A stretch of DNA of 60,683 nt, counting the filler, from Platydemus manokwari (lineage: Eukaryota), in the NCBI GenBank assembly GCA_037951405.1. It is 6 parts of 6 records of this genome, joined end to end, with 100 filler letters (N's around TTAATTAATTAA, not from the genome) between each part and the next. Parts side by side here need not be neighbours in the genome. Positions count along the whole stretch, not along the records: positions 10,045 to 18,803 come from JBBMOY011354871.1; positions 18,904 to 29,585 come from JBBMOY011113553.1; positions 29,686 to 38,760 come from JBBMOY011303206.1; 3 more parts are not named here. One strand, written 5' to 3'. The position numbers and the translations under genes were made by a program. Of this stretch, positions 17,070 through 30,340 are shown one piece after another (position 1 is the stretch's first letter; every line of letters starts with the position of its first letter). Under the pieces are notes generated by a model that saw only the letters and a list, made by a program, of their open reading frames with translations, did not search any database and was not told the origin of the DNA.

Positions 17070-18903
17070 AATGGTATTTTTTTCTATTGCAAATATATGA
17101 AATGATTAGTTTTTTTTATAAAATCGATATTTCACAGGCCTTGACATTGAATGACGTCATTGAGTAAAACTTTCACCGATAAATCATAAAAATGAATGAG
17201 AATTTGAACTTTGATTATTTGGTTATTATTTGAGATATTTATATGTGGCCAGTCGGGAGGGGAGGGAGATATCAGCGTTATAAAGGTCAATTCATATGTT
17301 GATTTGATATTTATTTGGGTCATTCCCGTCTGTAATCAAGCATATGGTTTTTGAATTAATTCTCTTATTCAGAAATCATTTTTCAAATACGACCTGATTT
17401 GTGAGTTTTCTAAAAAAAAATCAATAGTTAATGCATTGCGAATTAATGAATGGTTAACGTTACCAATGCAATCTCTCGACAAATCTAATCGATAAAATAC
17501 ATTAAAATGCTTACAATGTGAATAAGCGTGTTTTATCAAATCATTTGTTTTACAGGATTTGTTTATATTAGATTTACGCATTATGTAGTAAATAAGAATT
17601 ATGAATGATATTTGATATTTTAACAGATTATTAACTGTTTCATTTTGAATAATAATATTGAAATGATTAAATCAGAATAATATCATAGATATATGAAATG
17701 AATTTGATTGAGAATTATAAATGGATAAAAGATGATACAATCTGTTCACAATTGTTTTATATAATTATTGATTTATTTATCAATATTTTTCATGATAATG
17801 TTCAAGGGTATCATTATTGTTCTCACGGTTTATCATTAAATATATTTTTGTTTAATTGATTATTTAAATACAAGTTAACAAATACTGAATGTTTTAACAT
17901 CAAATTATTTATTATAAATGTTTTCATTGACTTTCCGAATTCTCAGACAATTTTCAGCTCCGATATTGTCATAAAAAGTTTTAAAAAAATAGTTTGAATA
18001 ATTTACATTCAATATAAGTTCAGGGATATTTTAGTGATTATTTTATAAATCAAATATTATTCTGTCACTTCAACAATATAATTCATTTAACCATTTCTTA
18101 TAATTTGCCGCTATTTAAATTTTTGACAAATGATCATTTTCCTGTCACTGTATGGCTGTTTCGGATAAAATAAAGATGATGAAAATCACCGAAGCAACTA
18201 TAAAACATTAAGACAATTTCATCAACACCTAACCACGCAAACAGTCGAAATCGAATAAACCCGACAAGCACACTAGATAATAACTTTTTATTCCATATTT
18301 GAATACAAGTAGATAGATATGAACTCTCATAAAACTTTAGAACTAAAACTCCGGTCACTGCAAAAAATGAAACATTGATTATTAGCAATGAGATTTTATT
18401 AGAAGTTGAATTTTCTCATAATGCTTGATAAAATAATCTGGTATTCTGGTGATCAAATTGATAAATGGATAAGCGGGAAAATCACAATTAATCAAAATTT
18501 GCTAAAAAAATTCGATAAAAGCGCACTCGCAGTATGTTGCTAGATAAGAAATATGAGCAAAAACCTAACATTAATTAAGAAATACAGATGCAATTAAAAA
18601 AGCCACTATAGTGATAACATAATAAAGAGAACATTTATAGTAGCGATCTTCCTATCAGCATTCCACAAGGGTGTCTCACCTTTTAGTTCTGGACAATCCA
18701 CTCCTTTAAATGAGCCCTTGATTATTAAAGTGGTATAAGTCATTTCAACCTTTCAAAACCAAATTTCCATTTAAAAATGATAATAAATTTCACAATCATA
18801 TTANNNNNNNNNNNNNNNNNNNNNNNNNNNNNNNNNNNNNNNNNNNNTTAATTAATTAANNNNNNNNNNNNNNNNNNNNNNNNNNNNNNNNNNNNNNNNN
18901 NNN

Positions 18904-19369
18904 TTATTATTCACTGATTAATGCACTTTATTTCTTATTTCTTATTAATCAGTTGCATTATTACAATATGGCGGAAGCAGATAGTGATGTCAAATTTTTG
19001 TTTGCGGATAGTGTTTATATTTAGCATTACAAAAGTGTACCAGAGTAGTGCCAAAGCTTGCCAAGAATTTTAACAACATTTCAATCGTGCACTACTAGCT
19101 AGGACAACAGTGCAATACTGGAAACAGAAGTTTGAAGTAACTGGAAATTATGAAGAAAAAAAGTCGTCCTTAAATGTTATTCAAGCTCCAGGGAATTATG
19201 CGATCTCTGCTTGGAGTAAAGTGGTGAACATTTTAAACAGTTGCTATGAAATTGCTAATTATTTACCGTAATTTGTACTTAATGTCATTTTGTTTTGTTA
19301 TGCATTAAAGTAACTCAATAAATTTAGTTTGTTCTAAATGTTGTTTTATTTTAGTTTTAAAGACAGAGA

Positions 19370-19375
<6 letters not shown>
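18904..19375 (+). mobile_element. Internally deleted copy of the Tc1-like/DUF4817 element at 26.3-27.2 kb (opposite orientation, left end lost in the gap)
   Basis: Closely matches the reverse complement of about 26870-27115 (SSAKACQEF.QHFNR...VQYWKQ) and ends with the same TIR TGTTGTTTTATTTTAGTTTTA.AGAC.GAGACTTAT, followed by (TA)n. Confidence 0.85.
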
Positions 19376-19406
<31 letters not shown>

Positions 19407-19848
19407 TATTTCGAATTAAATTTAAAATAATTCAATCAACAATCAATACTTATAATAAATTTATTTATAAAGTAATTTCAGCGACATTTATATATAATTA
19501 AATTTTATTTTTGGTTACAGACGAGTTTTTTTTAATTTACGTGGATGGATATAATAATATACGAGTTAGTAATCAATTCACTGTCTAGAAATTTCAGATA
19601 TCTCTGAAAGGAAAATATAGCACTGTATTTTTCAAAATTCCTCAGCCTTATAATAATTTCCGTTTTATTTTCAAGTTTCATTAAACAATTTAATAAGGAA
19701 ATTATTTTTTTAGCAGTTTTTTGAATATGGCTTCATAATTTTTGAAACAAATGAAAATCTATATTTTTGATTAGAAAATCAATAACTGTAATAAAGTTTG
19801 GAATTTATTCTTTTGAATTGTTGACTTGATATGTTTTTGGAATTTCAG

Positions 19849-19978
19849 TGTCTGGAAAACATTGGCATGGTTTTATAGATTTGGAAAACCGAAATAATGA
19901 ATTGGCTAAATGCAGTTGCAAGAACAATGCAGATCGTTTGATGGACATTTTGCAAATTCCGACAAGTAATGCACTACG
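19849..19978 (+). CDS. Candidate internal exon of an unidentified gene
   Basis: tttcag acceptor, open frame SGKHWHGFIDLENRNNELAKCSCKNNADRLMDILQIPTSNALR, gtttga donor. No family recognised and flanking exons not resolved. Confidence 0.3.
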
Positions 19979-20369
19979 GTTGATGTTTTACTAACAGATT
20001 GAGGATGTTTTGAATTGATTATTTAATAATTTTCTCACTGGTTGATTCGAATTCTTGGCAAAATATTGGAACTCATTTACTATCGTTTTATTGATACTGG
20101 AATAAAATGCAATCACACCATGTGCTGATGACTCCAAGTTAAGTAAAATTGAAGAAGATATATGGTGTATTCGATTTCACCAATGATCGAATTATTTAAT
20201 TGATGAATTTACCGTCATGTTTGATTATGATTGATTGGATGAACTTTGAGAATACCAGCTGTGATTGTCAATCATTTTAACAAAAAGCTCTCATTATCAT
20301 CATTACTATTATTATTATTATTATTTCATTATTTTATTATTATTATTATTATTATTATTTCATTATTAT

Positions 20370-21560
20370 TATAGTAAAAACACATGGAAAGTGAGCTAAC
20401 ACAATCACTTGCTGCACTTTCGGTTTGTATATCGGCATCATCTTCTTCGTCAAGGATGCACAATATTCTCTTCGGACTATTAGCAAAGGAAGTTTGAATG
20501 TTCACTGCGAAATGGCATTCTCTGAACAAATGTACTTCTTTTCCGCATATCAAGCATTTATTTAGCAGTACACATTCAAACTTCCGTTGTCCAAGCTCAT
20601 CACATCAAAAACTACCTCCTGGTTTCAAATAACCTCCATGTGGTGTGGGTTTTCCTCTGCAATCGTTGTAAAATTTAGAGGCAATAACCTTCATTGATCT
20701 TGTTGGTCTGTCATTGTTTGGAGATTCAATACAATTAACTGGTGGTCGATAATATTCCATTACACCAAAATCTTTTTCATGCACGATTGGACTTAACTTG
20801 TTGAACGAAGTCTCCTTTTGAAAAATCTTTCTTGGGTCACTTTTAAATACTGACTGAGAACATGTCTTCTTGATGGCGCTTATGGGCTACGTCGGAGTTA
20901 ACTTCTCAAAATTAACAGTTAGCTCTCTTCTTCTACTGTTTGACATTGCTGGGTAGAGAGTAAATGACTATTTCAATTTCTTGCTATTTAGACCTTGCAG
21001 AATAAATAGTCTTGAAATTTCTTCAAGAGTGTTTTTCTTAACAAACACCTCCGAAACTAGGTTCTTTACTCGAAGTTCAAAACTGCGATATTTTTTATCT
21101 GATCTTTGTTGCATTTCTGCCAAATCCTGAACCTTGTCGTACACTGTTTTGGCATGTGAAAATGTTTCTAAAAATCATTGCCCAATTTCTTCATTTAAAA
21201 CAGTCTCTTTGAAACTGCTGAATTCTTGACACGGCTGTTTGGCGTCATCTCTCAACAGCATGCCAAATGCAAATGATAGTTCCATTTGATTAAATGTCGC
21301 AAAATCTTTCGTTGTTTGGAACCAATTCTCTGCATATTGGATTGATGAATCGAAGAATGACGGTTTCGGAATTAATAACTCCTGACATTTTTGTGGTATA
21401 TTCGCAAATATTTTCTGCCTCTCTTCTCGTTTAGCTCTAGTCAGAGCGTTAATTTCGGTGTGGTCGCCAGTAAAAACACAAGTTGCTTCAATCAATATTT
21501 TATTTTTATTTAAAAATCACACGCGTTTTTATTAATATTAAAACAAATCTCATTTTTATC
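20370..21560 (-). mobile_element. Ty3/gypsy LTR retrotransposon remnant: LTR end, PBS and decayed gag
   Basis: PBS-like TGGCGACCAC at 21469-21460 after an AATAAA-containing segment. Capsid-like AENWFQTTKDFATFNQ...MLLRDDAK, then LAEMQQ, then two tandem zinc knuckles (F*CDELGQRKFEC and CLICGKEVHLFREC). Contains stops and frameshifts. Confidence 0.8.
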
Positions 21561-22402
21561 TAACTATTATTATCATTATCATTACTTGTATTATTATTAT
21601 GTAAGGCTCAATATGATTGGCGGCAAAATCAAAAACTGAATTTTTCTGCAATTTATGAAATAGGTCCAGATTAAGTTCTATTATTCATGGCTATGAGACT
21701 CGGATAATGATAAAAATAACACATTTGTTATCTGAACTTTGATGAAATCATAAATATAAACAATACTGCTCATTGTGTTGTTTTGATTGTTAAATTAATT
21801 TATCAGAAAATATATTTTACCTTAATGAAAATGTGATCGAAATATCTATTTAAATGCCCACCATAAATTGTTTACAAGTTCTGCAAGTTGTTTTCAAATA
21901 ACTAGTATTGTCAATATTAATTTTCATTTGATAAAATGTGTAATGTGATAAAAAATAATAAAATAATTGCGACTTCTGTGCGATTTCATTTTGACCATAT
22001 ACGATGTTCTAAATGATTTTTAAAATTTATAGTCTTTTGATAAAGAAGTATTATACACACATACACGCACACGCCAACACACACATATTTATAGTGATTA
22101 GATTTCATAAAATGTTGCAAATAATTCAATAAATTCTCTGATAAATAAAATCGATTTAAAACTTTTTCATTTGCATATGTTATATTTAAATAAATAATCT
22201 GCATTAGTTTTTGTCTCATAATTTAATTAATTAGAAAGTAGTAAGGAAACTGCTAAGTTAAATTATAATTGTGAGATTTCTCGTCAAAATGAATTATTTT
22301 CGCAAATTATAACAAATAATTATTTTTTCTTATCAATTTAACTCCAATAATTCAGCATTACATTATTGGAAATATCGGTCACTTACAGGCCATCATGTAA
22401 CT

Positions 22403-23120
22403 CAGTGGTTCCAAACGACTGTGCCGCGGAATGATTACTTTTTAGCCACATTGTTATGCTTTATATCTCGTTTACCATATCTACAGACTCTTTGCAGATA
22501 GTTCTTTTTTTTAGTATTTAGGAGTTCTAAGTTAAGGTTTTAGTAGGACGATTAAATATGATAAAAATTGTCTTTGATTTATTTTCTTCAATTTTTTATT
22601 TATTTCACCTTTAAATCTGGACGAATTTTTCAAAAGAAAAGATGATAGTGGCAATAATGATTCTACAACTTCATTTATAAAACCAAAGGTTCATCAGTTG
22701 TATAGGGATAATTGCTTGAAATTTTGGTTTCACTGGACGTGAGATACACAGATTCCTTCTCCGTTGTGTGGCATAACGCTGACTAATGAAGCAATGGTTC
22801 CAAGTAAGATGAAAAGGTATCTTACTACAAATCATCCTAATCTTCAAACTAAAAATGTAGATTATTACCAACAGTTGTTAGAATCAAAAGCAAGACAAAG
22901 TCAGCCATTTAAGAAAACAGTAACTTTGTTCGAAAATGCTCAATTGGCTTCTTATGATGTTGCAGAAATTATTACTCTTAAATTGAAGTCCCATGTTCTT
23001 GCAGATTCGGTGATCCTTCTTTGTTTTATATTATTTCATTGCAAAAAGTCTTTATCAGTAGAAAATATTGATTTTTTATGATAAATGTGCCGTGATGTAA
23101 AACTAATCGAAAATGATTTC
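22403..23120 (+). mobile_element. Internally deleted hAT Buster/Charlie (ZBED8/SCAND3-like) transposon
   Basis: Left end CAGTGGTTCCAAAC...TGCCGCGG. ORF CGITLTNEAMVPSKMKRYLTTNHPNL...AQLASYDVAEII..K.KSHVLADSVIL matches the N-terminus of Buster-family transposases (L.N..M.PSKL.RHL.T.H; ASY.VA..IA....PH...E..I). Right end is degenerate. Confidence 0.85.
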
Positions 23121-26100
23121 AATCAAAAGCTGAAATGACTTTTGGAATTTTTAGCATATTAATCATTTCTTGCCTGCAAATGGTATATGTTTATTTATAA
23201 TTTATCATACTGTTTTCCAGAAATTACTAATGATGATCTTAATAATAAACACGTTAAGTTCATCAATGTAACCATGAATACACAAAACTTAATTTGGAAC
23301 ATGCCAATTACAACACGACAAAAATGTGATGTTTTTTGAAACTGAATATCGAAATATTTTCAACAGAATTTTTAAATGGAATTTATTTTGAAGTTATTTT
23401 TTTTTAATAAGAATTAAACATTCGAAATGAGGAATTTTTTCGCCCGTAAATTTAGATTGTTTCTGACATAATTTCATTTATAACCTGTCAAAAACTTCCT
23501 TTAATAGAAAAACAGAATTATTCATATATTTCCGTAGGGAATTTGAAAGACGAACTAAAAACATTAATCGCCCTCTCCACCATGTTACTGAGGTTGGCTT
23601 CATTAATTCAAAAACATTTCTAAATTATGGAAATAGATAATTTACATAAATGATTTAATGATATGAAATTAAACTTGTAATTCGAATGAATAACAATGAA
23701 GAATGAGATGATATTTGATGAGTGATGGAGCTTTAAAATTCAGTAAAGATAAACGCCGCAAATTGAAACGAATTGAAGGGAGTACATGTAAGTGTTTGAA
23801 ATCAGAATTGAATTTGTATTTGTATCCAGAGATTGGATTTTATCAGCATTTAACATTTGAAATTTGTATTATTTTTGTAAAAGAAATTTTGTACAGAAAA
23901 TCTTTGTAGTTAAATAAAATTACATTTTTTTATCGAAGGGCATTATATAATTAATTATATATAATTAATTAGTATTTGTTATATAATTCGAATTTAAAAG
24001 AAACTAACAATTTAATCAAAATATTTAAACAAATCATTTAAAGATATTTTTAGTGATTTTTTACTTAATATAATCAAATTTATTTATAACTTTAAAAACT
24101 TCATCTCTTTTATTGAAATTTCTATTTATACCTATATATCTATGTTGGGTTGTCAATTACCAATTTAGATCTGAAAATTTGTATGTACTAAAATATTACA
24201 ACCTAAGTCTCAACAACAACACCACCAAATCTCTACGTAATTCACAAAGAAAATCATTCGAGATGAAAGTCAAAACCAGAATGAAGAGTAATCAAAAAGA
24301 CTGATTACTGAAATCACACATGAGCCAAGCACTGAAGTTATCGACCAAAAAAGACTGATAGGAATCTATGGAACTCAACCTCTTTTATAGTCCTATCGGG
24401 TGTGTCTACTTGATGTCACGGATCTTCGTTTTCAATTTGCGGAATTTTGTTTGTGTATCGACTTATTACTTTATTAAATACGAACTGAAAACGATTATAA
24501 GAACCCAAATAATCAAATAAATTATTTACAAAATATTTAAAATTCACGTCGTATTAATAATAATTATTAATATATTTATTCGATCATTTGTTTTTATACA
24601 TTAAAAATGATATCGAAATTTTAAATTTTTTAATTATCAACCTTTGATTTTTAATTTTTTAAATTTTTTTTAATATTTATATTAATTAATAATTTTACAT
24701 TATTGAAATCTAAATTATTTTTAAAATTTTAGGCTTAATTAAATACTTATTGCACGATATTCATGTCATACATTTTTTATGAAAAAACTTGATAATGAAT
24801 TACAAAAATTCCGGTTTAATTATTTTATACTGTTTTGATAAATATTTTCAATATAATCATGCAAAACTTTAATGTTAGTGTGAACTTATCTAAGCTAGTT
24901 TTGAGTATTAAAAATAGCGCATTTATCAAAATATTTAAATTTATATAATTGAAAATGAGTTTAAGAAACAAAATTACCAATTTCTAGAACAAATGAATTC
25001 TTAATTAATTTTAATTAGTACGTCTTTTTTATTAAATTAAAAAACATATTAACAGATTTTTAAAGGATTACAAGAACATTATTCTTAAGAATTATATTTA
25101 TATATTCGATTTGATTTTGTGATTTGTACATAACAAAAAGTTTTTAGACATTTCAAAAAAAGAACAGCGATAATTTTTGTTTTTTGTAATTGATGTTACT
25201 TTTATCAGTAATTTACGATGTTTTAATGAATTGTAATTCATTCTTCCGTTACATTTTAAATATTTAAATTTGTTGATAAAAAAGTTGCAAATTAAGTATA
25301 TTTCTGTATGGAAATATAGTTAATAATTGAATCTGTTGAATTGAATTTCAGGGAATTACTTATGAACAAATCTAAATCAAATTACTGTAGCAATTTTAAG
25401 TAGCAGTTTTTTTCTTGAATTCATCGAAATTACTTTTAAAAGTTTCTCCTCATCGATAATTCCTTATCCCAGATGATCACGAACTTTGAAAACCAAATCA
25501 ATGGAATCCCCTCACAGATACAAGTTGTAAGAATATAAAGATTTCTGAACAGGAAATGGTAATCTTTTTCAACTTAATGCAGTAATTATGGAGTGAAACG
25601 ATTCGGAAATTTCGTTCCCTGCAATTCAAAGTCTCCAAAATCCGATGAAATATTTAACCACAATCATTCTTTGTCGTATTTGGACGGTAAAAGAGAAAAA
25701 TTTCGCTTTTATTCCATCACAACGAGAAATGAAATGAATAAATTCATCAAACTCTCTATTTGAAATTGGAATAAATTTAATTTATTCATTAAAGTAAAAT
25801 TCTATTTTAGAAAATTCATTCTAAGTTTTGATCGTAACTTATCGTTAATCAAGGAAAACTTTCGCTGGAAATTGTTTTTTGTTGGAGACCAATTGACAAA
25901 TCTGATGTGGAATACCAAAATATTCGATCATCACATATAAATGTCGAATCGATATTTTAAATTCGGATTTACGGTGTCATATTCTTTGGAAATATAATAT
26001 TGATTTTTAATTTGTTAATTCATTCGTGAAACCAGGAAAATATTTGAGAGGTTTTGTCAATGAACTATTAAGGCTATTTGACAACGAATTTTCTCTTAAA

Positions 26101-26334
26101 ATGTACAAGTCAAAAAAATGATTAATGTTGTCTTATTCGATTATGAATGTATTGGAATATCTTAAATGGTCTTTTATTGAATTATGAGAATATCTAATTA
26201 AAATATATTTTAACAGACAAATTTTTATATAATTTTTTGAAACAATAATAGAAACAAAAGTAAAATAAATATTTTATAAACAACATTTATTAGAAATTTT
26301 AATTGTCAAATAGATAACACACACAAATATAATG

Positions 26335-27207
26335 CTTGATTCATAAGTCTCCGTTTCTAAAACTAAAATAAAACAACAGTAAGAACAAATAAAGATAAAT
26401 ACTAAGCAATTTCATAGCAATTGTGCAAGATGTTCACTGAAGGTTACATCAATATGGTGACAGCCACCAAAACGGTCAATCCAGGTGATTTAAGAGGTAC
26501 AGATAACACCCGACGTTCATTCACTGTAGCGTAATAAAAGAGATTGTGTTTTCGTATGAGGCCGTTTAGGTGAAACGCAGCTTCATCTGAGAAAATAATC
26601 TTTCTATGGAAATTGACATTGTTTTTGTTAATGACCTAAGAACAAAATTCAAGCCTCCTTCGAGATCATCTTCTCCAAATGCTTGATTAAAACAATATTT
26701 GAAATGTTTCATTTTTTCTTCCTTGAAATATATGTAAACCGAAGTTTGTGAAGTCATACACAATCGTGCAGTTTCTCGTTCATTTGTGCTATCGTTCTCT
26801 TTTACAAAATTCACCACCTTTTCCGCCATGATTTCATTAGACGGTCTTCCTGATCGCAACCTAGTGGATAACTTTCCAGTTTATGCAAAATTCTGTTTCC
26901 AGTATTGCACTGCTGTCCTAGTTGGTGGTACACGATTGAAATGCTGTTGAAATTCTTGGCAGGCTTTCGCACTACTCTTGTACACTATTGCTTGGCTAAC
27001 TATAAACACTATCTGCAAGTGAAAATTTAACATCACCAGCTGCTTCCACCATATTGTAATAATGGAACTAATTAATAAGAAATAAGAAATAAAGTACATT
27101 AATCAGTGAATAATAATTAATATCAATGAGTAAAAAATTTGAGTATAAATTATATTGTGTTTTGTTGTTTTATTTTAGTTTTAGAGACGAGACTTATGAA
27201 TCACAAG
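26335..27207 (-). mobile_element. Tc1/mariner-superfamily element (DUF4817 HTH, rosa-like) with about 45-bp TIRs and a decayed, partly deleted transposase
   Basis: TIRs GATTCATAAGTCTC(C)GT.TCTAAAACTAAAATAAAACAACA at about 26338-26378 and 27163-27202. Translation includes ACQEFQQHFNRVPPTRTAVQYWKQ, RSGRPS, ARLCMTSQTSV and IIFSDEAAFHLNG. Confidence 0.88.
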
Positions 27208-27721
27208 GTATATAAAAGGTTATTATTAACCAATCCTATTTCAATCTTAAACAAGAGAATTTTAATGAAATAAAATAAATACAGAATAAATCGTTAAAAA
27301 AAAGAAATCTAAAATACACATTGAAATGAGAAGACGATCATCAACGATTTTGTTGAAAATTTATTTCTGTGTGTTTGCTCAAACAATTAATCGAAGAGAA
27401 TATTAAATTCCATTTTTAATCGTAGAAAGTTAATATAATATAAACTTATGTTTCTATGGTAACACTGAACCAACTTTCAAAGAAAAAAATTGCGCATGTT
27501 CTTCTTCCCAATCAATTTAATTAAATAAAACAGAAATGCGAAATCGTATGAAAGAAATATATTCCTTATCGAAATAAGAAGCAAAGATTAGACGTTATGT
27601 TGAATCAGATCATCAATCAATGAATATGTTGGAATAATTAAATGTTACATCGACATGAGTAGTGATATCATGTATGTGATATCATATATCATGACACATG
27701 TTTGGTCTACATGGTGTAGAG

Positions 27722-27844
27722 CAGGGGTGGCCAATCGGTCGATCGCGATCAACTGGTCGATCTTGAAGCCAATTTTGGTCTATCGCATGAGATGTTATTC
27801 AAATGAAAAGTCGATCTTACGTACACAAAAGTTGGCCACCCCTG
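27722..27844 (+). mobile_element. 123-bp hAT MITE (family 1, copy A)
   Basis: TIRs CAGGGGTGGCCAA / TTGGCCACCCCTG. Perfect 8-bp TSD GTGTAGAG (27714-27721 and 27845-27852). Confidence 0.95.
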
Positions 27845-29200
27845 GTGTAGAGCACAACAATACTAGTTAACTTATTAATCTGACTTCAAAAGACAAATAA
27901 ATTGATTACTAAGATCTATTTGTTATTTCACTATAAAAGCTCTCATTGTAAAAGATTAAATTACAAAGGTGAGCTCTTAAATAAGTCTGCCAATAAAAAG
28001 CGGATCAAGTTAGAGCACAGAATTGAAAATATTGGTCAAGGATCTACTCCCGACCTTATCAGTGAGTCCATAAATACTACTCAGATACGTGTAGCCCTTA
28101 CCAGCCATTGCAAATACTTTTAAGTTCGTTTTACTTATTTACTAAACATAAATTTCAATTAAAATAAATAAACTCCATTTGTTTAAATAAATTATTCCAT
28201 TATTATTTTTAATCTTATTTTATATTTAGTAAAAATAATTTTATTTTAACAATTATAATTTCCTTTAAAATTTTATTTATTTATTTTTAATTTTAAAAAA
28301 TATCAAATTTTATTTTTATGAATTTATTTTAGTTAATTCTTTCTTTCATTTTATTTTCATTTACTGGACTCTTCAAATAGATTGGGTGGACTTGTTCTGA
28401 AATGATATCTGATTTATTTTTCAAAATACTTTTCGCAGAATAATCTATTATAATTATTATATTTGTAATTCAGTGATAAAACATTTCTTTATAAGGTTTT
28501 GATTAATACAAAAATTAATGTCAAACATGTTGGACTGAATAAACTCAAGCTCCGAAAGAAAAACAGAACAAAAGGAGTACTAGAAAACAGTACCAATGAT
28601 AGGTTTTTTTATTTATTATAGAAGTTCAAATATATTATTAAACTTAATACATATATTTAAATTAACGTATTTATTTAAACGTAATATATTTTTAAATGAT
28701 ACTTTAATCTGCTGTCATTAATGGTGAATCAATTTGTTCTCGACAAAGATATCTTTATAAAATTTTCAATTTTCGCAGGCAAGATACTAGAAACCGCTTA
28801 AACATAACCTTGATGATAAGACTTAAATAATTTTAATAATTGTAATATTTTGTAAAGACAGTGATAGTAAATATTGCCAGTTAGAATTCCGCTAATATAG
28901 CTTGCATTGTTACACATAAATGATTTTTTGAACATCCACTGAGCGGATAAAGTTATTTCGGAATTTGCTTGCATGCGGAAGATATTCTCACTATATAACT
29001 GTCATGTATTTAATAAGTAAAACCATGTTTAATCATTTGTTTAAATATGGCGTACTATGGAGATGAATACAGAAGTTATAAATGATATAATAATAAAAAT
29101 AATAATAATCATTGTAAGTCGCTATTATTTTATAAAAACACATCAAAAACAAAATGAAAAGACATGACACCCAAATGTATATTTAAATACGATTTTTTAA

Positions 29201-29363
29201 CCCTTTCAATACTGCGGGGATATTTAAGTCCCAGAGAATGTTCAAAAAACCATATTTTCTAAAAATCTAAAATTATGTAAATATGTTCCTTTATTTATTT
29301 GCAGAACATATAGTTCAGTTATACAAAAAATATTTTCACTGGCCAAAAGTCGTATTGAAAGGG
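29201..29363. mobile_element. 163-bp piggyBac-type MITE
   Basis: TTAA on both sides (29197-29200 and 29364-29367). TIRs CCCTTTCAATAC / GTATTGAAAGGG. Confidence 0.88.
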
Positions 29364-29453
29364 TTAAACGAATTAGTATAATTTAAAAAAAATCAAATTT
29401 TCTTAAAAATTAAATCTTTAGAAACTTTAATTCAATTTCAAATGCTCATAATG

Positions 29454-29493
<40 letters not shown>

Positions 29494-29497
29494 AGGG

Positions 29498-29585
29498 TTA
29501 TTCAAATCTATAATCTCATTTATTCAAATTTATAATCACATTTATTCAAATTTATAATCACATTTATTCAAATTTATAATCACAT
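29498..29585. repeat. 22-bp tandem repeat TTATTCAAATTTATAATCACAT (at least 4 copies, runs into the gap), preceded by (AAT)n
   Basis: Four consecutive units visible, the first with two substitutions. The array is truncated by the N spacer. Confidence 0.9.
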
Positions 29586-30340
29586 NNNNNNNNNNNNNNN
29601 NNNNNNNNNNNNNNNNNNNNNNNNNNNNNTTAATTAATTAANNNNNNNNNNNNNNNNNNNNNNNNNNNNNNNNNNNNNNNNNNNNTGATCAAGCCAGCTT
29701 TGATCCACAAGTAAAATCAATATAGAGACTGATAATTTGAATAAAATAAGTGCAACCCCAAACCACATCATTTATGAAAATCCCAGATCATTTTGTTCGT
29801 CTAGGTCTACCCGCTTGTGCATTCCCCACCATTTGGAATGCTCTTCTCTTGGATCCACTGGGATTGTTGGCTCCATCTTGACCGTCTCCTGGAGTTCCTT
29901 CCGGCCAACCTTCTCGGGCTTATCCCCACGATAGACCGTTCCATCCCAGTTGCCTTCTTGATCGAGCTAAATCCTTTCATCGGCATTGGTAGGTGTTATA
30001 CTTTGAGCATTGGGTGGTATGTAATAAGATGTGCTTGGGGCGTTAGAGGCGCTTTCCCAACACAGCAGTTGGGATTGAGGCCGGCTTTGAATTCGGATTG
30101 AATTGAGTTTGAATTTGGGTGCATTTTACATCTATAGTCAAAGGCATATATTGTGTGTACGTTAATAGGTATATATTATATGTATGTTATAATGCGTTGT
30201 TCTATATACATCTTATAATGGATTGCTGTATGTTTGTTATGTTGGGTCTGGATAAGATTTTGAATTTGGGCTTTGTATACTAAAGGATGGAAAATTTTGA
30301 TTACAATTTTCTAATAATGAAAATTGTGATTTTTATGGGA

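Noticed and set aside
24180-24400. In-frame TAA stops suggesting a reassigned genetic code
   Set aside because: AGPS and AMMECR1 end in TAA, the longin gene in TAG and CCDC134 in TGA at the expected positions, and conserved Trp codons are TGG. The standard code applies.
29498-29585. 22-bp repeat array as CRISPR-like or telomeric
   Set aside because: Head-to-tail units without spacers in a eukaryotic context; an ordinary minisatellite.
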